From a virus (taxonomy: Duplodnaviria > Caudoviricetes), in the IMG/VR virus record IMGVR_UViG_3300033508_000175, positions 1-52,425 of that record: a DNA stretch of 52,425 nucleotides. One strand, given 5' to 3'. The notes below the pieces were generated by a model that made no database searches, had not been told where the DNA came from, and saw nothing but the letters and a program-made list of their open reading frames with translations. The translations under genes and the position numbers were made by a program. Shown in pieces: positions 1 through 7,391 of the stretch; the stretch's first letter is position 1, and each line of letters starts with the position of its first letter.

Positions 1-135
1 CGCGAAGCTTGTGCCAAGGTTTGCCACGATGTCCAAATGGGTACTTATTTACACCAGTCAAACGATTACTACGACGGCGAAAACGAAGGCGCAAAGAAGT
101 GCTGGCAGCGCATCAGAGCAAGGAACGAATCATGA
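1..135 (+). CDS. partial hypothetical phage protein (3' end)
   Basis: Open frame REACAKVC...QRIRARNES*, a pattern common in small phage proteins; stop overlaps the next ATG (ATGA 132-135). Confidence 0.5.
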   Translation, partial: REACAKVCHDVQMGTYLHQSNDYYDGENEGAKKCWQRIRARNES

Positions 136-368
136 CCACCACCCACTACCGCCCCCATGCCGACCCCCAAGGCCGCGTCTGGTATCCGTACGCATTGCAG
201 TACCGCGCCGACGGCATGACGTTCGCCGTCACGATCACCGTCAGAACTAAAGCCGGACTCGGGTATTCGTTCCATCCCGGATACGGCAAGAGTGCGTCCG
301 AAGCTGTGGACGAGCTGGTGGCGCAGATCAACGCAGCAGATCAGCCCGCCAGCAAGTCCACCACCTGA
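132..368 (+). CDS. hypothetical protein
   Basis: ATG 132 after AAGGAA, coupled to the upstream ORF; converges on the Nudix gene. Confidence 0.4.
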   Translation: MTTTHYRPHADPQGRVWYPYALQYRADGMTFAVTITVRTKAGLGYSFHPGYGKSASEAVDELVAQINAADQPASKSTT

Positions 369-1207
369 TGGTCCACCTTCGCGTCCAGAAACCCGGTCAG
401 CTTGCTGATCGGGCATAGGTGAATAGCCTGTGACTCCCACGTGACATCCGCCGCAGGATTGCCCGCCACACGCCGCGCCAGGTAGTAGCGGGTCACTGAG
501 GTGGTCCGCTCCACATCACCCAGCAGGCCGACGATGTTGGCCTTGATGCCGCCCTCCTCCCAGGCCTCCTTAATCGCGTTCGCCTGAAACGACAACTCGG
601 GCTCCACCTTGCCCTTGGGGAACGTGTTTGAGTATCCGCCGAACTTGTTGGTGGGAGACACCACCCAGACCCGGCCATCCGTCTCCACGATGATCAGGCC
701 AGACGCGGGCTCTTTGCCAGCCGGGCAATGCAGCTCAGGCTCCACCAGATCGTCCTTCTGGCCTTCCACGTAATCCCACTGGTCATCATCGGGCGGTGTC
801 CACGGGGCGAACGGGATGCCATTCAGGCTCTCTGGCATGTCGCCACCGGGGATGACCGTGGCAATGGCGCCAGGATCATCGAACCCGGCGATGTTGGTAG
901 CGCTTGGGCTGTAGATGCCGACCTTCTGGCCTTTGTCGCCAGGCTTGGGGTGAAACGCCTTTGGCTTGGGCTTGGGCGCATCGCTGAACAGCGACCCAGA
1001 CGAACCACCACCCCACAAGGATGGCGTCTTTGGAAAGCCGTACTGCGGAGCAACGACGCTGGACCCAATGCCAGATGACCACTTGGCCGGGGCCTTGGGC
1101 TTGGCAGACCGCTTGTCCTCATGGGGTTTGACGACCGTGCCGTCGGCCTTGGTGTAGCCTTTGACGTGGGACTTGGCCAGGGCCTCGGATACGAGCAGGA
1201 TGGTCAT
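341..1207 (-). CDS. Nudix hydrolase with long N-terminal extension
   Basis: Nudix box FPKGKVEPELSFQANAIKEAWEEGGI; start MTILL at 1207 has ATGA overlap with upstream stop. Confidence 0.85.
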   Translation of the reverse strand: MTILLVSEALAKSHVKGYTKADGTVVKPHEDKRSAKPKAPAKWSSGIGSSVVAPQYGFPKTPSLWGGGSSGSLFSDAPKPKPKAFHPKPGDKGQKVGIYSPSATNIAGFDDPGAIATVIPGGDMPESLNGIPFAPWTPPDDDQWDYVEGQKDDLVEPELHCPAGKEPASGLIIVETDGRVWVVSPTNKFGGYSNTFPKGKVEPELSFQANAIKEAWEEGGIKANIVGLLGDVERTTSVTRYYLARRVAGNPAADVTWESQAIHLCPISKLTGFLDAKVDHQVVDLLAG

Positions 1208-1671
1208 GCGATCACCCCCAGAATGCGGCCACGGACGTCGTCCAGAATCTCTTTCAGGTGGGCGCCAACCTTGGCATCGCCATGACCATCCGCCAGGGAC
1301 ATGGCTGCTTTCATGCACTGCAGCGCCAGGAACTTGAACAGCGCCTCGCCAGGGTCGTCGTCGCCATTCATGTCCGGCAGCGCGGCCAGCAGCTTGCCCT
1401 TCATGCGCTTGCCCTGCCAGGGCGCAATCTCATAGCGCGGGTCGTTGCCCATGAAAGCCTCTCCGTGCTCGCGGACCAGGTCGTTGATCTGGCGTTCGGC
1501 CTCGATGCTTCCCACGCGGCCAGAGAGAAAGCCGTCGTAAGCGCGAATCACGTCGCTGGCAAACTTGCCGACAAAGGCATGCACCACCGTGGCATCACCG
1601 AGGTACTGCCGGTCACGATCGACGGGGTCGATGGTGAGCTGGGCGTCAAGGAACTGGTCAATCTGTGCCAT
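1204..1671 (-). CDS. hypothetical protein (155 aa)
   Basis: Tightly packed between the polyvalent and Nudix genes on the same strand. Confidence 0.7.
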   Translation of the reverse strand: MAQIDQFLDAQLTIDPVDRDRQYLGDATVVHAFVGKFASDVIRAYDGFLSGRVGSIEAERQINDLVREHGEAFMGNDPRYEIAPWQGKRMKGKLLAALPDMNGDDDPGEALFKFLALQCMKAAMSLADGHGDAKVGAHLKEILDDVRGRILGVIA

Positions 1672-1673
1672 GG

Positions 1674-4600
1674 TTATGCTTTCGGCTTGATGTTAGCAAC
1701 GTAGCTCTCGTCGGGAGGGAGCATGAGAACGGTGAACTCGGTCGTTGAACCATCATTCTTTGTTTCCATGAGCATGAAGCGCTGCCCGGGGATGGTGGTG
1801 ATCTCGCCCTCGCCGTTGTAGCTCCCGACGCCAATGTTGTAGAGCGCCTTCGCTCCCTTGGCATAGACGATCTTCAATCTGGCATTACCACCCCAGGACC
1901 AATTCTCATTGATGCTGCAGCACATGCTGCCCGGGTTCTGGAATACGTGCCCTGGAGGCAAAGCCATCATCTGCTTCAGCATCGCATCCGGCATCGAAAT
2001 CCCCTTGGTGATCCGGGTGCCCTCGTCCAATTCTACAGCGTGGGCGTAGGCGTCTGTCAGCACATCGCGGGCTTTCAAGCCGCTGTTGTCGATCTCCTTA
2101 CCCTCCCGATATGGGGTGTTGTATGAGCCCGACTGTTTCACTGCGGCCATCCATTTCTTGAGGATAGCGGTCATACCCTTGGTTGACGCCACCCCCTTTG
2201 CCTTGCCAGCAGCAGAAATGTATTCAACCTTTGGCGGCATGAATTCCTTCGCAGCATCAGCCTGCCCCAAGCTGATCCAGAAGCCCAGGCGCTGGTTGGC
2301 TGGCACTTGACCGACTGTGACGCCGTAATAGTGCGCCTTGAAGCCGTCCGACAGTTCATTGATGTCGGAGTAGTCGCCAATATCCCACGACTTCGCCTTC
2401 TTAGCGGCCGGGTTGGCGACAACTTCCATGTAGTCCAGAACGGTCGAATAGAAGTCTTTGACGTGCTGGCTTGGGTGATCACCAAACAGCGCGCCCTCTT
2501 TGACCGCGCCAGTTGCCTTGTCAACGATGTGGAACTTCAGCTTTTTCAGCGCCACAAAGTCTCCATTCATGGCCGCCGTATAAATCTGATCGACTGCCGC
2601 CTGGTTAACCTCATTGACCTTAGCTGTGCCAGACAAGCCCTGCCCCGCACCCTTCCAATTCAAAAAGTCGAGCTTCTTAGGCAGACTCGAGGTGTCAACC
2701 GGCAGCTTTCGCGGGTCGGGCTTGGGCGGGTTCACGATCAGATCGGCTCCCGGGTACTTCTTGGCCAGGTCGTTCTTGCGAGCAATCAGCTTGGCGGCCA
2801 GCGCAGCCTTCGCGGCATTGTTGCCAGGGCCGAACTTGGACACGATCTGCTGAATGATGTCATCTGGCACGTCCAGCACCAGGGCGACGGACTCGTTGAG
2901 CTTTTCCTTGGTGATGGTGGAGAACACCGAGGCTCCAAACTGGTTCTTTGCCGCATCGCGCATGGCGTCAATCTCGACAACTTCATTGCCGAAACCGTCG
3001 CCTTTGGGCGCACCCTGCGCGCGGTACAGCAGCGAGCCTCCCACGTCGATGCGGATCGCCTTACCGTCCTTGGTTTTCAGCAAGTTGTCATAGCCGGTGC
3101 CCACCGAGTCGTAGTTACCGAGCCAGGCATCAACCGCGAAACCTTCCATGGCGCCCGAAGCATTCTTGATGCCAGCGCCGACCTTTGTCACGCCGTCAAC
3201 AATCTTCGATGCAATCCCGATCTTGCCGTCCTTCTCGACCATGCGCAACGTTGGCACGTCAACACCAGCGGCCTTGTAGAGCTTTGATGCGAGCAACTCG
3301 TTCTTGACGTGATCTTCAGACGCAGGGAACTTGCAGTACCACTCCTGCCCGTTTTTGTCCTTGAACTTGCCGCCAGGGTTGGATCCCTTCTGCGGGCCAG
3401 TCTGAGCCCAACCATCGATCACAGTGACACCAGGCTTGCCAGGTGGGGCGGTGACAAAGACCTTGGCCTGTGGCGCAGCCTGTGCGGGTTTTGTGGCCGT
3501 CGCTGCAGGCTTTGGCATCGCACCAGGCGCGGCCGTGGTGAATGCGACCTTCTTGCCCTTGGGCGTCTTCTGGGCTTCGGCTTTCAGGGCCATCACCAGT
3601 TTGAACATAGCGTCCTGGCGGGCCTTCTTCTGAGGTGGGCTTGGGTGCGCGTTGCCAGTCAGCCCTTTCAACTTTGTGCCAGGGACATCGACTGTGATGC
3701 TGCCATTTTTATGGAACACGACCAGCTTCTTGAGCCCGGCCAGGCCATCACTCGCCACGGCAGCGGTCAGCACAGAAGCGACATTGGCATACATCGTCCC
3801 GTACTTGCCCGGGGAAAGGGACTCAAAATCCGGAACCACTACCCCTTGCTTGTGCCAGCGGCCGTTCTTGAACACCAGCGTGCCGCCATCGACGGCCAGC
3901 TTGGTATCGCCGTCCTTGGGGCCAGAGGCCGGGTCAAGGGATTGAATGTCGGCAGCCAAGGGGAACGGCAGGCCCGCGTTGTTGCCCATGATGTACTGGC
4001 CCATCTGCGCAGCCGCGTCCTGGGCATCGGAGTAATCGCTGTGCTCCACAGGGTTTCCTTCAGGGTCAATGACCCCTACCTGAAACACCTTGACGCCGTA
4101 GGGGCTGTCGGTTTTCGCAACGTAGTAGGTGTAGCCGTCCTTGGTTTCCTGCGTCAAAGAAGGCGCACCACTGAGAACCCCGTCGGACGGGTCGAGCTTC
4201 CAGCCACCGGACAGATGTTTGATCTTTCCGCTCTGCTGTTCGGCAAGCAGCTTCTCCAGGTAGCCTTTCACCTCCAGCTTGAGCCCACCGGTGTCCAGAA
4301 TTTCCTGCAAGGTCTTGAAGTCACCCTGCGCCGCCAGCTTGTCGAATTCAGCCTTCACCTGGGGCGGCACACCCGCGACCTTGGGTGCAGCAGGCGCAGC
4401 GGGCGGTACCGGCGCTCCGGCCTTGTGCTCGTACTCATGCGTGCCAAGGCTATCAAGTTTGTACCCCTTGGCTTTCTTTTCATAGATCAGCTTTGCAGCA
4501 GCCGCACCGGCAGCACTTGGCGACGCAAACTCCTTGGTCGTGGTGGACCCCATGGTCCCGATCTTCCCGTAGGTGGTCTTCATGACATTGCCATGGGTGG

Positions 4601-7391
4601 ACACCGACCAGAACTTATTGTGGCCCGGGGTGGTGTTCATGAACACCTGGGACGTGACCTTGGTCGTGGCATTGGCCTCGGCGTGCTTCTTGGCCGCCTG
4701 CGCGCTGACCCAGCCCATGAACAGGTTGAGCTTTTCGGGGCCGTAGAACTCGATGGCCTTGGCTACATCCACCTTTTCCTCGTCTGACAGCTTCTCGAAG
4801 GCAGCAATCTCTGGCGGATCCAGCAGATCGTCAATCGGCAGGCCCTGCGCAGCCTTGCCACCGTGCATCTTGAACATGGTGATGAAGCTGAGAACGTCCG
4901 GGTTGGTCTTGAACTTGTCCTTGTGGGTGTTGACCGGTGCAGGCGCAGCGACAGGCGGGGCCGTCACGAACACCTTGGCGGGCTCGGCGGGCTTCACCGG
5001 GGTCATGGTCACATTGCCAGATGCCGGGAAAGCCCCGGCCTTCACTGCCTTGGCGTGCGCCTGCGACACCAGCACAGCCAGCTTGTCGCCGCCGATCACC
5101 CCCTGGACCTCGGCGAGCATCTTGCTCGCCTTGGCCGAGTCCTGCGACGCCAGGACAGCAAACGCCTTGACCTCGCCCGGGGTTGGTACCTGACCGGCCA
5201 GCATGTGCTTCTTCCAGCCTGAGACAGCCGCAGCCTGCGACGCAGCGCCCTGCAGCGCCTGGTACTTGGCCTGGGCCAGGTCATGCTGCTGGGTCGGGTG
5301 CATGGCGTGCCAGGCGGGACCGTGCTCGGCCTTCAGCTTCTTGATGGCCTCTTTCTGATAGAAAGCGCCGCCCTCCATGGCAGCCACAGCGGCCTTGTGC
5401 TTGGCGGTGTCGTCGGCCTGGACGGCAGCAGCGACCGCGTTGGCAGAGTTTCCGGGGCCGGTGCTGGGCTTGACAACCAGCGCAGCCGCAAGCTCGGCTT
5501 CTTTTACCCAGCCTTTGTACCAATCGTTCATGGCCTCAATCGTTTGGCTTGAGCTGCCAACCAGACCACCGTCAACGCCATAAACAGCGACAAAATCCGG
5601 GTCAGCCGCTGGAACCTTGATGCCTGCAGCATGGGCATACGCCCCAAACTTATGCGCAGTCAGGATGATCCCTGTTGCGCCGACCCGGTGCCATTTGCCG
5701 TTGTGCAGCGCATAGGTCTTGCCGTTTTCCGTCTTGGTGTCGCCCTCTTTGGGGCCAGCAGCGACCGCAGGACCACCAGGCAGGGCATGCCCCAGGTCCA
5801 GCGCGTACTTCATCAGGGCGAGCGTGTCGGGGTCGTTGCCCAGCGCCGGGTTGGCTTTCATGTTCCCGGCCAGCGTCGTGATGCTGGCCGTGAGCCCTTT
5901 CAGATCCCCACTGTCGTACATTTTTGCCCATTGCTTCGCAACCAGGCCATGGTTCATGTCGGTGAACTTGGGCGGTGGCGGGGCCTTGTGCGATGCCTTG
6001 GCCGCCTCGAACGCCGCCTTTGAAGCCGCCTTCTTCTCCAGATACCGAACGCCAGCCTCGGCATAGGCCAGCGCGGTCTTGGCGCTGACGCTGCTCATGC
6101 CGGTGAGGTTGAACACCGCATCCTTCAACTGCTCTGAATTGCCGTCCTCAATCCAGTTCTCGATGTCTGTGATGGTGGACTGGAACGCAGGAGGCTCGGG
6201 CTTGATCGGGAAGCCGTCGTGGGTGTGCTTGATCTTGATCGGCTCCTCTTTGGCGACCACCACCGATGGCGCGCCTTTGACCTTCATGTAAGGTGCCCAC
6301 TGCAGAAACTTGGTGTAGCCAATCTTGCCGCCAGGCTTGGTGACGGCCACCTCATGCGCCAGTTTGACGTGCGGGATGCCGCCATGCAGCACCACCTTGC
6401 CCTCGTAGTGGTTTGCCGACAGGAAGGCCCCGGTCATGGTGAACGCGACCGTGTCGCCCAGCTTCACCCCGGCAGCGTTCATCTCAGCAACCAGCGCCGC
6501 GCCGGTCTCGGCCTTCTTGTCGTCAAACTCCTTCTTCACCACGGCATAGGCAGCCTTGACCTTCGGGTAGGCATAGTGGAATTCGTGGGACGACTGAAAG
6601 TCGGACTTGGACATGCCAAGCGCCTTCGCCCGCGCGGCGATCCAAGCCTGCGCCTCGGCATAGTCGGCAAAGTCGGGCGCTGGGGCGAAGGTGGTCGGCC
6701 CGATCTTGCCAAGCATGGCCGGGACGGTGATGGGCTGCGGCTCTGGCGTGCTTACCGCTGCTTGACCCGCGACACCAGGCTCTGCGACTTCTGCGGGCTT
6801 TGCAGGCCCGAAGGCTGGGGCTGCTGCGCCTCCTTGGGTTTGTCCCGGCGCGCCAGTTTCGACGGCTTCAACGGTTTTAGGCTCATTGGTTTTTCCTTTG
6901 GTTTGGTTGGCTTTGGCAGAAGCCGCAAACAGCAGCTTCATGTACTGGCTTTCTCCGATGGCCATCGAGCAGGCATCCGCCACAGCGCCCTGGACCAACG
7001 TCGAGGCGTTCTGCATGGCGAAATACTGCGCTGGAGTGGGCACCTTGCCAGCGAGCATGGATGACTTGAAGCCAGACACCGCAGCCGATGCGCTGGCGGC
7101 CAGCTGCAACTCAGTGGCGTGCGAGAGGATGACGGCTGCCTTTTCCTCGGGGTGCATCGTGTTGAAGTGGTCCAACTCTGTGGACAGCTTCTTGTGCGCC
7201 TGTTTTTGGTAAAACGATCCGTAGCCAGACGCGACATTCAGATCGTTGTGGTCGTCTGATACCAGCACTTTCTTCTGGTACGGACTAACCCAGTTTCCGC
7301 CGTGAACGTGGCCGGGGACCGTGATGGTTTTGTAGTGGGAAGCCTTGAGCAAGTCCTCGCGGACAAATAGAACTGCGGACATTGGGTTCAT
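1674..7391 (-). CDS. large polyvalent protein: internal repeats + WGR + HipA/PI3K-like kinase + ADP-ribosyltransferase-like domain
   Basis: NKFWSV...YGKIG...KLIYEKKAKGY (WGR); GSNPGG...WYCKF...NELLASKLY...DAWLGNYD...DNLL...IDVG (kinase); C-terminal TKG...SMCCS...EGEI (ART-like). Confidence 0.75.
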   Translation of the reverse strand: MNPMSAVLFVREDLLKASHYKTITVPGHVHGGNWVSPYQKKVLVSDDHNDLNVASGYGSFYQKQAHKKLSTELDHFNTMHPEEKAAVILSHATELQLAASASAAVSGFKSSMLAGKVPTPAQYFAMQNASTLVQGAVADACSMAIGESQYMKLLFAASAKANQTKGKTNEPKTVEAVETGAPGQTQGGAAAPAFGPAKPAEVAEPGVAGQAAVSTPEPQPITVPAMLGKIGPTTFAPAPDFADYAEAQAWIAARAKALGMSKSDFQSSHEFHYAYPKVKAAYAVVKKEFDDKKAETGAALVAEMNAAGVKLGDTVAFTMTGAFLSANHYEGKVVLHGGIPHVKLAHEVAVTKPGGKIGYTKFLQWAPYMKVKGAPSVVVAKEEPIKIKHTHDGFPIKPEPPAFQSTITDIENWIEDGNSEQLKDAVFNLTGMSSVSAKTALAYAEAGVRYLEKKAASKAAFEAAKASHKAPPPPKFTDMNHGLVAKQWAKMYDSGDLKGLTASITTLAGNMKANPALGNDPDTLALMKYALDLGHALPGGPAVAAGPKEGDTKTENGKTYALHNGKWHRVGATGIILTAHKFGAYAHAAGIKVPAADPDFVAVYGVDGGLVGSSSQTIEAMNDWYKGWVKEAELAAALVVKPSTGPGNSANAVAAAVQADDTAKHKAAVAAMEGGAFYQKEAIKKLKAEHGPAWHAMHPTQQHDLAQAKYQALQGAASQAAAVSGWKKHMLAGQVPTPGEVKAFAVLASQDSAKASKMLAEVQGVIGGDKLAVLVSQAHAKAVKAGAFPASGNVTMTPVKPAEPAKVFVTAPPVAAPAPVNTHKDKFKTNPDVLSFITMFKMHGGKAAQGLPIDDLLDPPEIAAFEKLSDEEKVDVAKAIEFYGPEKLNLFMGWVSAQAAKKHAEANATTKVTSQVFMNTTPGHNKFWSVSTHGNVMKTTYGKIGTMGSTTTKEFASPSAAGAAAAKLIYEKKAKGYKLDSLGTHEYEHKAGAPVPPAAPAAPKVAGVPPQVKAEFDKLAAQGDFKTLQEILDTGGLKLEVKGYLEKLLAEQQSGKIKHLSGGWKLDPSDGVLSGAPSLTQETKDGYTYYVAKTDSPYGVKVFQVGVIDPEGNPVEHSDYSDAQDAAAQMGQYIMGNNAGLPFPLAADIQSLDPASGPKDGDTKLAVDGGTLVFKNGRWHKQGVVVPDFESLSPGKYGTMYANVASVLTAAVASDGLAGLKKLVVFHKNGSITVDVPGTKLKGLTGNAHPSPPQKKARQDAMFKLVMALKAEAQKTPKGKKVAFTTAAPGAMPKPAATATKPAQAAPQAKVFVTAPPGKPGVTVIDGWAQTGPQKGSNPGGKFKDKNGQEWYCKFPASEDHVKNELLASKLYKAAGVDVPTLRMVEKDGKIGIASKIVDGVTKVGAGIKNASGAMEGFAVDAWLGNYDSVGTGYDNLLKTKDGKAIRIDVGGSLLYRAQGAPKGDGFGNEVVEIDAMRDAAKNQFGASVFSTITKEKLNESVALVLDVPDDIIQQIVSKFGPGNNAAKAALAAKLIARKNDLAKKYPGADLIVNPPKPDPRKLPVDTSSLPKKLDFLNWKGAGQGLSGTAKVNEVNQAAVDQIYTAAMNGDFVALKKLKFHIVDKATGAVKEGALFGDHPSQHVKDFYSTVLDYMEVVANPAAKKAKSWDIGDYSDINELSDGFKAHYYGVTVGQVPANQRLGFWISLGQADAAKEFMPPKVEYISAAGKAKGVASTKGMTAILKKWMAAVKQSGSYNTPYREGKEIDNSGLKARDVLTDAYAHAVELDEGTRITKGISMPDAMLKQMMALPPGHVFQNPGSMCCSINENWSWGGNARLKIVYAKGAKALYNIGVGSYNGEGEITTIPGQRFMLMETKNDGSTTEFTVLMLPPDESYVANIKPKA

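Noticed and set aside
2307-4787. Long plus-strand ORFs here and at 13352-14596, 24402-25499, 26921-28303 and 38562-39932
   Set aside because: Antisense shadows of GC-rich genes with no recognisable motifs
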